Positions 40,735-54,061 of a stretch of DNA of 64,000 nt are shown one piece after another; the first letter of the stretch is position 1; the number at the start of each line of letters is the position of its first letter. The stretch is from Eledone cirrhosa (lineage: Eukaryota), in contig OZ024743.1 in the NCBI GenBank assembly GCA_964016885.1, forward strand, positions 263,128,001 to 263,192,000. The letters run 5' to 3'. A program made the translations under genes and the position numbers. The notes under the pieces are model-generated. The model did not search any database. It worked only from the letters and a program-made list of their open reading frames with translations, and was not told where the DNA came from.

Positions 40735-42460
40735 CGTTTTTGTATTTATTTTGCAAGATTTCTTATCTGAAAACGTGTTTTGAAACATACATTGTTACAC
40801 TTTGGGAGGGTCATGGTGCCAATAGGAACACACGCACCTGTTAGTTTTCACTTCAGTCTATTACAAATTTCCAGTTGGTTGGTTTAATAAGCAGATGGTT
40901 GTTTATTTATTGCTCTTTCGTCACACATTATGTGACCTCCTCAGTGACTAATTTGTTATTTTGTGTCTCTCCGGATGTGTGTGTGTGTGTGTTATTTACT
41001 TATTTATACGTTTGTTGGCTTGTCACTAGTTGGTAGCTTGTTCTATCTGTGTGTGTCTGGTTTGTTTTATTTGTTTGGTTCTTGTGTATGTTTTAATCTT
41101 GTCTTTAATTAGTTTGCTTCTTGTGTGTCTCTGCATGTCTTTATATTGTCCTTAATTACTATTTGTGATATGTTGCTATTCCACCCATGTTTTCTGTTTA
41201 ATTTTGGTTGGAGTTCGTTTATGCTTGTCGTTTCTGTAATTTGTCGGAGCATTGCATCCTTTCTGTGTGTGGATATGATCTTTATTTCTATGCTCTCTAG
41301 TGTGCCCCATGTTCCATTTTGTCATATTGGTGGTGTACGTATGAGTTCTTCTTATCTTGGAATTTTCACCAGGGTTCATTTATCCTTTCTCCTATGCTAC
41401 GGGCTGTCTCACCTATGTAAGTTGTGTTCTTATTCCTACACTGTCCCCCAGTACAGCTTATGCTATATACTGCGTTCCTAGTTTTGCATTTAATTTGTGG
41501 GCTTAATTTGCAGACTATACATTTTCTATCAGTGTAGTGTTTTTTTTCAAAAGGATATGTTCTACTAATTAGGGTTTTTATGGGAATACCTGGTCTTTCA
41601 ACTATTTCAATATTTAATGTTTGTTTGTTTAGGGCCCTTCTAAATATGTAAGCTAGTTCACCTCTGGGGGTTGCATTAACGAATATCACACTTTGGTATT
41701 TATTGCTATCATACCATGAGTTTATTTTATTGGTCTTTGTCTTAATTCTTTTTATCTTATTCCAAAATGTTCACCTATACATGGGGTAAGTTCCATTCGC
41801 ATAATTTTCTACAATATTTACCCATTTAGCCCTGGCTCCTTTATATACACTGATCCTGTCTCTCTGATTGTAGCGGTGGATGAAGTTTTGTATGTGTCTC
41901 TCTAATTTTTTAGGATTGCATATGCAGGACACATTCCTCATCACTCTTACTAAATACGTCATTGATATGTTAACTTTCATGTTATCCGAAACGGCTGAGT
42001 TTCGGTGAATCAGGTACTTTGAGGTCATGGGTTTGGCATAATGCGAATGGAAGATTTGTGTTTTATTGTTAATGGTTTCTAACAAGAGTTCTGTAACTAG
42101 TACAGGCAATCTATGGTTGGGGTGTTTAGTTGGGTAGACTATGATAACTTTAATACTCTGGGGATGGAGTTAGCTATTTGCTGGATGCTTTCCATGGTGT
42201 TCTCTAATTCCTGATTTTTCACTGCGTGGGTGTTTTCACTACGATGTTGATGTCATCTACGTAGCGGGAGTATATAGTCAGTTTATAGAGTTCTCATCTA
42301 AGTGTTCTTTAAGTCTTCTGTCCCAATATACCATAAAGAGGTTAGCTATGTCACCAGGAATGGTGACGCCAATGGCCACCCTTCCTCTTGGGCATATGTT
42401 TTGCCATTGAACTTGAACATATGATCCTTAAGGCTTAGTTTCATACTGGCCCCTACCAAA
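40735..42460 (-). mobile_element. 5'-truncated Neptune-like Penelope element (RT, CxxC linker, GIY-YIG, pLTR, tail)
   Basis: VAIGVTIPGDIANLFMVYWD, YSRYVDDINI (~42245-42275), YAKPMTSKYLIHRNSA, KCIVC...KCKTRNAVYSISC...YIGETARS. pLTR has a hammerhead-like motif at 40910-40950 and terminus ccctcccaaagtgtaacaat. Confidence 0.88.
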
Positions 42461-42462
42461 TT

Positions 42463-42627
42463 AGGTCACTGACGAGGTTACAGAATGTGTGACGAAAGAG
42501 CTGTAACAATAAATAAACAACCATGCAGTTATTTAATCAACCAACTGGAAATTTGTAATAGATTGAAGTGAAAACCAACAGTTACGTGTGTTTTTATTGG
42601 CAGCATGGCCCTCCCAAAGTATAACAA
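42463..42627 (+). mobile_element. Inverted pLTR piece at the 5' end of the preceding PLE
   Basis: Reverse-complement homolog of 40792-40950; begins with GTCA-CTGACGA-GGTTACA gaatg TGTGAC-GAAA and ends ccctcccaaagtataacaa then (CA)/(TA)n. Confidence 0.85.
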
Positions 42628-42652
42628 CACACACACACATATATATATATAT

Positions 42653-42768
<116 letters not shown>

Positions 42769-42957
42769 CGGACTAAGAAGAACAATTGGGTAAATTTTAT
42801 CTGATTGTTCTTCATAAAGGAATATCGATAACATTTATCTATTATTTCTTCAAAGTTGCATTTTAAAATTAGCTTCATTTAAATGATTATTTATCTAGTT
42901 AATTTCTACGGACTAAGAAGAAAAATTAGGTAAACTTTATCTGGCTCTTCTTGAAAC

Positions 42958-43040
<83 letters not shown>

Positions 43041-43081
43041 AAATAAATAAGTCAAATGTTTAAAATTTGGCTTCGTTTATT

Positions 43082-43136
43082 ACTGCTATATATATTTCGG
43101 TGACAGCCATCTTTAGCCGTGACCTCTTCAGGCAGT
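43082..43136 (-). ncRNA. Minimal type I hammerhead ribozyme motif within a fold-back centred at 43166/43167
   Basis: Minus strand ACTGC-CTGAAGA-GGTCACGGCT aaagat GGCTGTCACC-GAAA-TATATA-TA-GCAGT. Confidence 0.72.
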
Positions 43137-43348
43137 CCGAATTAGTGTGGTAGAGACGAGTACACATGTGTACTCGTCTCTACCACACTAATTCGGACTG
43201 CCTGAAGATGTCACAGCCAAAGATTAAACATTTGACTTATTTATTTTATTTTATTTTACATTACTCCGGAGTAACCAAACCAACCTGCGCACTTGGTCTA
43301 GTGCTCCAATCTGCATACTGAGGTGTTGGCATACAACCAACATATACT

Positions 43349-43393
<45 letters not shown>

Positions 43394-44000
43394 TACACAT
43401 TTCCAAGTGTGTATGTATGCATGCCATACTGTTTATTACAGATTTAATTCAGTTTTTATTCCTCGTCGCACGCGCGCGCGCGCACGCACACGCACACGCA
43501 CACGCACACACACACACATGCTCAAACCTATAATAAAAAAACGTGTGTGTTAATGGGGATGGGTGTGTATAACACACACACACACACTTTGTGTTTACAT
43601 GATTGAAACGATATACAGATAAGAAGCAACTCTGACTTGCTATTTGTAAATTAAGAGATAAAGCAGTAAATATAACAACCTTGACAACCTCACAATAATG
43701 AAACATCTCACAAGAGATCATATAAAACTAGAAACAGGTAATCTATATACAATGTTTCACAGTCTCTTATAATACTTTACGTTTATAATACAACGTTCAC
43801 CGAAAGAAAGAATATCCCCCATGTGACTTCTCTGTGTAATACGAGAGGCAATGTGATGTTATTCAAGTAGAAATTGGCCGCATCAATAGTAGTAGTAGTA
43901 GTGGTAGTAGTAGTGGTTATTGTTTTTGTTGTGGGAGTAATCGTAGTAGCAACAGTAGTAGTAGTAGCATCATCACCATCATCCTTATCAGCAGCAGCAG

Positions 44001-44044
<44 letters not shown>

Positions 44045-44120
44045 ATGCTATGCGTTTGGTAATAGATTTGCTCAAACAGACATGACTAACAACAACAACA
44101 ACAACTACTACTACTACTAT

Positions 44121-44155
<35 letters not shown>

Positions 44156-44797
44156 GTAGTAGTTGTTGTTGTTATTAGTCATGCCTGTTTAAGCAAATCT
44201 ATGACCAAACGCATTGTTTTACACATGTGGTACACCCACTCACATATAATTTAATGCGCCTCTTGTTTTTTTCTTCTAAGATGGTACGAACTATCTGAAT
44301 CTTTAGAGTAGAGCGTCGGCCGAAATGATCTGTCTGTTATTTTTTTCGGGGTCGCTAAAAGGAAGTACCATTGCAGGGCAGTGGATTGGACTGTAAGAGC
44401 TTGTGATAAAACACTTAGCACTTTCTCCGCCTGGGAAATAATTAAAACATGTTTGATAACTAGATTTGTATATTAGTACCACACAAATGACTGGCAGCGA
44501 GTTGGCAAGATGCAAGATTCTAGTATCGAACTTGGATCTGCATGATTGCAAAATGAACATGTTAAACACTCAGCCATGCCTGGTCTACATGTGGGGGAGG
44601 GGAAAGTCGATTAAATCGACTCCAGTGCGTGACTGGTACTTTATTTTATCGATCCCGAAAGGATGAAAGACAAAGCTAACCTCGACAGGATTTGAACTCA
44701 GATCATAAAGGGCCGTAACTCTATGCTGCAAAGCTACCGACACTGCCAATCCATCGCCCTTACAACGAAACAAATAATGCAGTTGGTGCTAGCATAC

Positions 44798-45239
44798 TGT
44801 TACGAAGGAGATTGTAAAGTCAATCATAAGCTGTAAATGGTATCACTGAAATTCGAAACTCTGCTCCCCAGATCTTCAAAAGTAAGCGAGCAAAAACGAA
44901 CAATGGAGCACGTGACTGATTTGAAGCATGATGCACGGGTTTTGTGTATGTTTTACGGGAAGTAGACTATTTAAACCAGTGGAGTTGCCGATGCAGAGAG
45001 TTGGTGTAACGCTGGCAGCGAGAGCAGTTGGTCTGAGGTGGGCGGCGTGGTAAAGACAGTCGGTGTAAAGTTGGCGTGAATCCGGGCAGTGAAAAACAAC
45101 ATTACACAAGACATCCAGCCTGATGCTTCTATTTCTTCCGTTCTCAGCAAGTTGGCTAGGTGGGCAGGCTCGCAGTTTCCCAGCTGCTGACTTTGGGCTA
45201 TTAGAGCCGTGTTGTAGTTGGAGACCCCATTTTGCAACA
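44798..45239 (+). mobile_element. Solo LTR, 442 bp (4-bp TSD as in many Gypsy elements); strand tentative
   Basis: Termini TGTTAC...GCAACA, TSD ATAC at 44794-97 and 45240-43, TATA-like tatttaaa at ~44968. Confidence 0.75.
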
Positions 45240-45301
45240 ATACTTTATGTACTAAAGCAAGAAATATTTCAAAATAGAGCCGTTGTGGTAGAAATAGAGG
45301 G

Positions 45302-45339
<38 letters not shown>

Positions 45340-46227
45340 TTTTAATTTGTTTTACTCATTAATTCATTTATAAAGCTGACAGATTGTTCAGATGGCCACT
45401 ACAACTTCCCCGGAAGCTTGATAAATTAACCTTATATAATAATATTTGTTGGTCAGGAATCTCATTGACTATACCTCACCGGAAATTGATGACATTTTGA
45501 TCCTGTGTCGCGTTCTTTAGAAAGTTGTTCGTTGATATTTAACATCGAGTTGGTAATGGTTGTTGATGAATGGACGAGATACTGGTGGTAGCGGTGTCTA
45601 TAATAATTGTTTCTACTATTGGCACAAGGCCAGCAATTACCCAGTACATTACTGGTACTTTATTTTATCGACCCCCGTAAGGATGAAAGGCATAGGTGGT
45701 GGTGTGTAGTGGTGTGTGTTGGTAGTTTTAGTCGTAGTTGTGTTTAGTGGTTATGATAGTGCTAATAATGTTTTCTATAATAATTTAGGCATAAGGCCAG
45801 TAATTTGAGGTCGGTGAAAGTCGATTATATCAACTCTAGTAGTTGACTACTTCTTTTATCGACCCTGGGAGGATAAAAGGCTATGTTGACCTCGGCAAGA
45901 TTTGAACTCAGAACCAAAAAGCCGAAACAAATACCACCTGGCATTTTGTTCGAAGCTCGCGTAATTCTGTAAATCCTCTATTTCATTATTACACATTTCG
46001 GCCGGATTTGAAGTCAGAACGTAAAGGGCCGTGACTAAATGCTACGACTCATTCTGTCCGATGCTCAAATGGTTCCGCCAATACACCGTCTTTTATAATT
46101 GTTTTAAATTTAGGCCCAAGACCAACGATTTATGGGAAGAAGAAAGTCTATTCTTTTCTAATAATGGTTTCTGATTTAGACATAGGGAAAAACTTTGGGA
46201 GAGGGGCAAGTCGATTAATCGACCTCA

Positions 46228-46835
46228 GTGCCTTTTCAAGGTCGACAAAACAAGAATATACCTCTTGGCAATACTCACACGATTTCTCGAAGACCTGACG
46301 CTGTGTGAATATTTGGTTGGCTGTAGTGCGTCCTGGGCGAAATCCGCACTGTTCAGCCATCCGGCGCCACACCAAACCTCTTTCGCTCGCATCATTTACT
46401 GTCTCAACGTCCTCAGTTTGCTCAGGGAGGTCTTTGGATTTGGATGCAATAGTATCTGCATACCTGGCCCTGACTTCCTTATCCACCAGCACTTGCCACT
46501 TTATCCTGTATGTCCCCCCGGACCTCTCAGTTTTGTGGGCTTCTTTGGCTTTAGATAGTCTCAAGCTGCAGATAACGAGATGGTAATCAGTTGACAGCTC
46601 AGCCCCTCTTAACACGAACATCAAGCATAGAATCAAAGAGATCAGAGACAATTACAAAATCAATTATTGATATCTGTCTCTGAGTACCCTTATTCCCTGT
46701 ATATTTATGGATGTCTCTGTGCGGGAAGAGGGTGTTCATAATAAAAAGTTCATTGTTAGAACAGAAGTCTAGTAAAGCCTCTCCATTCTTATTTAGATCC
46801 GGGTCGCCATTCCTTCCAATCAATCCTTTCCATGC
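46228..46835 (-). mobile_element. RTE-clade LINE fragment (APE endonuclease fused by deletion to the start of RT)
   Basis: NKNGEALLDFCSNNELFIMNTLFPHRDIHKYT...IDFVIVS...DVRVKRGAELSTDYHLV, and EQCGFRPGRTTANQIF...CFVDLEKA. Confidence 0.88.
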
Positions 46836-47828
46836 GATAACAAGAATAATGATAAATTATAAATAACATTAATTATAAGATATAGATACAAAATATAAAA
46901 TACTCAATGATAATCAACCACATAATAACATAAAGAGATGTAATATAGAGGGAATATTTACACGTTCGTGATACACCCATACTCAGTACGCTCTCCTGTC
47001 TAAATACATACATATACACAAAGGCACACATGATAACGGGTTTGTAGTATATTTAGTTGGTTTACCGATGTTATCTTCGTGGATCCGAGGTTCGCCACTT
47101 CAGTAAAAACCAATGGAACGGATTCCTTCTCATAAAATCCGCCAAGAACGAAGTCAATTAACGCCTTTATAACAACATGAAACCTCTGAAGACGGCCATA
47201 ACTAGCACAATATTCCAAAATCGATAAATATCTTCTGATTCGGGCATGTCAACGTTTCAGACCGCGAATTGAAGCAGTCATCGATGATAACAGGATATTC
47301 ATTGAGTAGATGCGTCAAGAAGAGTCTCAAAAGTATTCATGCCAATTCCTTTTGAAATAAAACTCTTCTTTCATGGCTTATGCGTCTTCTATTAAATTCA
47401 TGAAAATGTCTTGAGATAACTGAGCAATCTTGAAATAACAGTTACTAACAAAACTGATAATAAGACGGCTATATAATCCAATAGACTACATATATAATGA
47501 AAGAAACAATTATATAATCACAGGTAAGTTATATAATTATCAAAACAGTTATATAATCCAATAGATTGTCTCTCTATATATAATGGAAGAAACAGTTACA
47601 TAGTCCCAGTCTAGCTATATAGTCATGAACCAATTATATAATTATACATCAAACGTCAAAACAACGTTTGTAAGAGAAGGGAAGAAGGATAGGAGAGTAG
47701 ATATAAAGAGAAAATGGAAATAATTAAAGATGCATATTTACCGCCACAATACACATACATGTATACTAACATACACACATACATACATATGTGCACTCAC
47801 ACACATAAATACATACACACACACACAT

Positions 47829-47879
<51 letters not shown>

Positions 47880-48271
47880 TACATACTACATACATATGTG
47901 CGCTCCCACACATGAATATATACACACATACATATATACATAATACTTACATATATGCACACATCCATACATAAACATATCCGTTTAACCCCCCCCCCCC
48001 ACACACACACATATACACATATACATACAGAAATACGCAAATAAATACATACACACACATAGAGACATACTCACATACACGCTGCGTGAGAGACCACTAC
48101 TAGAGACAACCACACAGGCAAACGGACGCGCGGTCGAAAACCGTTTATATATAATAATTAAGTCGCTAGGAGACATTAACCCAATCGCTGCAGTAAGCAT
48201 TAAAAAAAAAAAAAAAAAAAACTTACTAGCATCTTAAAATTTTTGTTACTATTCATTTCTTCTCTTTTCAG

Positions 48272-48451
48272 CTCACAGTGTTAAAAGAAGACGAAAGAGA
48301 AGAATTGGCAAACAGCTGGGGTCTTTTTGAAGAACCGTCAAAAGAAGGCGGTCTTTCAGCGGATGCTGTCCTGAACTTCCATCACTTCAAGTATTTTACA
48401 TTGAACACGAAGTCACAGTCTACTTACTACAACTATTACTACTACTACTAT

Positions 48452-48486
<35 letters not shown>

Positions 48487-48647
48487 GTAGTAGTAGTGCC
48501 CAAAGATTACCAATATTACAACAAACTACCATCAGAACACCTATTTTACCGCCACCACCATCGCTAGTAAATTCATCTCTTCCATTGTACCAGTGGTAAA
48601 CAAAGCACTCATAACAACTAAAGTGGTACAAGCATTCATTAGTACAT
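48272..48647 (+). other. Candidate non-coding 5'-UTR exon of the SLC26 gene
   Basis: Strong acceptor ttcatttcttctcttttcAG (48270-71) and donor cat|GTAAGT (48648). An upstream donor gca|GTAAGC at 48193 would give a 79-nt intron. No transcript evidence. Confidence 0.4.
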
Positions 48648-48759
48648 GTAAGTAATATTGTTATTTTTTAATTCTTATTATTTCCGTTGCTTTTTTATTT
48701 ACCTGAACACTGCAGAAGCTTCACACTGTTGAAGGGATTTTTCCGAAACATTAAAACGG

Positions 48760-49758
48760 TCTTGAAGTGTATATGGTCTATTCTTAGTTTTCAGAGAGTG
48801 TATGTAGTTAGATAAAGAAGTGGAGTTGGCTAGATTGCGATTTTTGAAAGTGTGGAGATGCGAGTTATATCTCGTCTTGAAGCAGTTCGAAGTAGAACCG
48901 ATATATGTTTTGGAAGGGTTGTTTGTATTGACTGTGCATGAGTAAATGATGTCTTTGATTAAGCAATCTTTTCCTAAGGGACAAGTTCTATTTGTTCTAC
49001 AGTTACAGCTATTCTGGTTGTTTACTTGCTGGTTAATAGGGTGTGTAGATGCATGGTCGTTAGGGATAGCATTAGGGTAATGATGATTATCATTCTCATT
49101 GTTATTAATTTCATTAGCGGTGGATTAGCAGTATCGGTAGAGGGTCGGACGCCATGCTTTGACGCATAGAGTTACGGTCCTTGCAACTCTGAGTTCAAAT
49201 CCCGCCGAGGTTTACTTAGCCTTTCATCCTTACGGGGTCGATAAAATAAAGTACCAGTAATGCACTGGGTTATTGCTGGCCTTGTGCCAAAAGTAGAAAC
49301 AATTAATTTCATTAGTGTTATTACTATTATTGCTACTAGTATTCTCTGGTACTATGTTGTTATGTAAGTTCACTACCTGTTGTGATTTAATTAGTTGGAA
49401 ATAATTATTAATCTTCCTTTTATTACTACTAGCTATATGGTACGCGATGTTAGGTGTGGTAGAGTAAGAGATTTTAATGGTGTTTTTATTGATAAGATTA
49501 TGGTATTTGTGGCCGACTCGGAAGTTTTTTTCTAAGATTGAGAAGAAAGCGTTAGGTAAGTTTGTAGAGACGTTTAGATTGAAAGGGGGATTGAAAAATG
49601 TATTAGTTCTTTTATTTTTGTGTTTTGTAATGTTATTTGATGTATTGTTTATATTTCTGTTTATATTATTATTATTGGGGTGTTTATTCTGGTGCGAGTT
49701 AAATTTGATATTACCCTTCGTACTAGAGTTAGAGTGGCTAGTACTTTTATTACTTTTC
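48760..49758 (-). mobile_element. Second fragment of the Naiad-like PLE (linker plus GIY-YIG), interrupted by a SINE
   Basis: Highly similar to ~8100-8820; retains FFNPPF...HKYHNLINKNTIKISYS that is partly deleted in the first copy. Confidence 0.88.
49118..49301 (+). mobile_element. SINE, main family, with 14-bp TSD
   Basis: TSD attaatttcattag at 49104-17 and 49302-15. Confidence 0.93.
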
Positions 49759-49781
49759 ATATATATATATATATATATATC

Positions 49782-49812
<31 letters not shown>

Positions 49813-49879
49813 TCTGACTCCTCTCATCTTGCATCGAATATTACTCTGTGGTTGTCTTCCTGGTCTTCGCAGCACAGAC

Positions 49880-49971
<92 letters not shown>

Positions 49972-49975
<4 letters not shown>

Positions 49976-50300
49976 TGAAATCGAAAAAGGAACTGGAGTC
50001 TTATTTTAAAAAAAATATATATATATTTATTTGGTTCTTTTACCGGTTTCGCAGTTCTTCTGCTTTTAAAAAGTAGAGTTGAAATGGAGGGTCTGTGGTT
50101 TTTCTCACATCTGTGAGAAAAACCACAGACCCTCCATCTCAACTTTCTTTTGAAAAGCAAAAGAACTGCGAAACCGGTAAAGGAACGAAATAAATATATA
50201 TATATATTTTTTAAATAAGACACCAGTTGCATTTTCGATTTCATCTTTTTTTCTTTATATTTTCACTCGTGTAGGACACCGGTTATTTTTCATTTTGTAA
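49972..50300. repeat. Imperfect fold-back (arms ~138 bp, centre ~50110) of a pLTR with a degenerate hammerhead
   Basis: ggtttttctcaca-tc-tgtgagaaaaacc centre; TCTT-TTGAAAA-GCA..TGC-GAAA-CCGG-TA-AAGG at ~50146-50183. Confidence 0.8.
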
Positions 50301-50679
50301 TATATATATATATATATAGATATATATATATAGGTAATTGTTTTGTCTGACGAACGAGCTGGATGTTTTCTTGCAAGAATCATCTAGTTTCTTGAAATCT
50401 TCGCACATGAAATAATTATATTGTATTGTTTATTATGTAAATAAAAAGGAAAAATATATATATGATAATGGCATTGACTCTAAAATAGATTTGTATATGA
50501 AATACGCGAATTTGTATATTTGGCAATATACGGTATATTTATAAATAAACATATTGAAAGCCTTCACTGATGAATTTCAAAAATGATGACGTAGCACCAT
50601 CTTGTGTATTCCAACAGAAGCTAAGGACGGGCAGCTAGTGATGATGACATCATCATTTCTAACTCTGGTTGATATCAAG

Positions 50680-51770
50680 CTAGTACTCCCGAACTGCTTA
50701 CTACGGGAACTTAATATAAGCTAAAACATATAGTTTAGAAGCCTATTGTTATGAAGTTCATCTATCCTCAATATAACTTTGTTTTATTGCATATCTTTCT
50801 TTTCTTACAAATATTATTGTTATATTTCTTCAAGACTAATTACTGTTTCTATATTCTAGATATTGTATAAAAGCTTGGACTTGGAGCTTTAGTTTTGCAA
50901 TATTAGAACGCACAACAATTTTATTCAATATCTAGTTTGGTGAAAATACTTTAGAAATGTATCAGATTTACACACACACGCGCGCGCGCGGCGCGTGTGT
51001 GTGTGTATGTATTTGTGTGTGCGTATGTATATGTATGTGTATGTCCGTCGGCGCATACGTATGTACTGGCCTAAATCTTTACTATTTTAAGGCAAAGTTT
51101 AAATCCCGTCGAGGTTAACTTTGCCTTTCATCCTTACGGGGTTGATAAAATAAAGTACCAGTAATGTACTGGTTAATTGCTGGCCTTGTGCCAAAAGTAG
51201 AAACAACTATTTTAATAACCTCTGTCATTTTCGTTTACAATTTTATTTACATCATTCTTAAACTCCGGGGCTAGAAATCATTCTGTTATTTTAAATAGAA
51301 TATTAGTCTAACGACCCCATTTATACCATAAACTTGGTCTCGTCTTTGCATGAAATTGTTCTTCACGCTCCACATAACGACGTATTATCCTCCATTTTTT
51401 TTTCGTTCATTGCCAGGGAACGTCTTCACGAACCAAAATATCGTCTTCCGGTTTTCCTTCCGTTGCAATGTTTCTCGAAATATTTAATTCTGCGTTCACA
51501 GATTGAATTTATTAGTTTCAGAAGATCCCGTTAATGTTGAAAGCAGCGATTCTTTGCTTAATCTCTCTTTCTTTCTCAAACCCTCTCCCTTTTTTCTCAT
51601 ACCCTCTCTCTCTCTCTCACTCATACCCCCTCCCTCTCTCTTCTTCTACAGAATGGAGAACAATAAAGAACGCGCAGATCTCTCTCTCTCTCTCTCTCTC
51701 TGTCACTTTCTCTCTGTCTATATCTGTGTTTGTTTGTGAATGTGTATGTGTGTGAACCAACTTTCGTCGC

Positions 51771-51831
<61 letters not shown>

Positions 51832-52200
51832 ATTATCTTGTACCTCTCTCTGTATAACGACCTATCTCTCTCTCTCTCTCTACATCTCCCTTTCTCTCTT
51901 TATATTTATATATGTGTGTGTTTGTGTGTGTAATATATAGAGAGAGAGTTGCAACATGTATGTAGTTTCATAGATTTTTTATGGTAGTAGTGAGAGGAAT
52001 GAAGCGCGTAAGAGAAATGGTTACAGCATGTATTTAGATTTATCGATTTATTTTCATAGAAGCAGGACATTTTTGGCAAAAATTATTATGCATTGACCTG
52101 ACTTCGTAAATTTGGAGCACATTAAAAAAAATCATCAACATCGGTAGAGAAATGTGGAAATGCATAAAAATCATACACACACACATACAGACATCTACCG

Positions 52201-52202
<2 letters not shown>
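50680..52202 (-). mobile_element. Possible non-autonomous Helitron-like element
   Basis: Minus-strand 3' hairpin TTCCCG...CGGGAG plus CTAG at 50680-50710; Helitron-like subterminal stretch at ~52125-52200. The 5' end is lost in (TA)n. Confidence 0.35.
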
Positions 52203-52264
<62 letters not shown>

Positions 52265-52270
52265 TATATA

Positions 52271-52311
<41 letters not shown>

Positions 52312-52313
52312 TA

Positions 52314-52364
<51 letters not shown>

Positions 52365-52411
52365 TATATATATAATATATATATATATATATAATATATA
52401 TATATAATAAT

Positions 52412-52443
<32 letters not shown>

Positions 52444-52523
52444 ATATATATATATATAATATATATATATAATATATATATATATAATATATATATATAT
52501 ATATAATATAATATATATAATAT

Positions 52524-52571
<48 letters not shown>

Positions 52572-52574
52572 GCT

Positions 52575-53207
52575 GAACACTGGCGAGACCTTCAAGATAG
52601 TAAAGAATCATCTGTACTCTACCAACATGCTAAAATAGAACACAAGGGTAAATTAGAGAACATAGAAATAAAAATAGAATCTACACACAGAAAAGACGCA
52701 ATGTTTAGACAAATTACAGAGGCAATAAACATAAAAGAATTACAACCAAAATTAAATAGAAAATATGAGTGGAACAGCAACATCACAACTTACAATTAAG
52801 GACAAAAGGAAAACACACACACACATAGAACAAACAACCAACCAGTAACATGTAAATAAACAAATAAATAAATGAACATAAACACACACAGACACCCAGA
52901 TGTGGCGCATGCGCAGACTGAGCACACAACACACACACAGAAACAAAATGGCGTAGGACAGAACAAAGGAGAGGCACAGAAACAAAGAAAGGAATCCCCA
53001 GTCACTGAAGAGGTCACAGAGTGTGTGAAGAAAGAACTATGACTATATATAAACAACTATCTGGTTTTGGAACCAACCAACCAATCAGAAATTTATAAAT
53101 TTATAAATTTATAAATTTATTATAAATTTATTATAATAAATTGAAGTGAAAGCAACTGGTGCGTGTGTTTCTTATTGGCAACATGACCCTCCCAAAGTAT
53201 AACAATA
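52575..53207 (+). mobile_element. Neptune-like PLE 3' fragment (GIY-YIG C-terminus plus pLTR) between (TA)n tracts; another pLTR at ~54080-54460
   Basis: DAMFRQITEAINIKELQPKLNRKYEW; hammerhead AGTCA-CTGAAGA-GGTCACA gagtg TGTGAA-GAAA-GAAC-TA-TGACT at 53000-53044; terminus ccctcccaaagtataacaat. Confidence 0.85.
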
Positions 53208-53226
53208 TATATATATATATATATAG

Positions 53227-53265
<39 letters not shown>

Positions 53266-53362
53266 TATAATATTATATATATATATAATATATATATAAT
53301 ATTATATATATATATAATATATATATAATATTATATATATATATAATATATATATAATATAT

Positions 53363-53394
<32 letters not shown>

Positions 53395-53970
53395 ATATAT
53401 ATATAATATAATATATATATATATATAATATACATATATATAATATATTATATTATATATCTATATATATATATATAATATAATATATATATATATATAT
53501 AACCCATGCTAGCGTGGAAGAACAGACGTAAAACGGTGATGATGATGGTGATGATATATAATATACATATATATAATATATATATATATATATTGACAGG
53601 TCGCTCTCTAGTGCTACTGGTAACATATAACCCAGTACAACCTGTCTCATGGTCGGTGAGGTGGGTGATATTTGGACACCCTGCGGGATGAAATACAAGA
53701 GAGAAACTGAAAAAAACCTGCAGCTTCGGAAGCATCCGATGATGTTGATCAGTTCTCCTTTTCGGGTAGTGTTTTCGATGCTCAGAGAATGGGATTGGTC
53801 GAGTGCAAGGCCTTTCCCTACTTTAAAAATCTTCAAAGCACCGACGTTGCTTGTTCAGGATCTGTTACATGTTCGTGTAGCTGGCCGTAGCCTAACAGTG
53901 CACAGAACGCTATCATTTGACAAGCGATTGCAATACTCTTAGCAGAGTGCAGCCATCACTCACACACACA

Positions 53971-54061
<91 letters not shown>

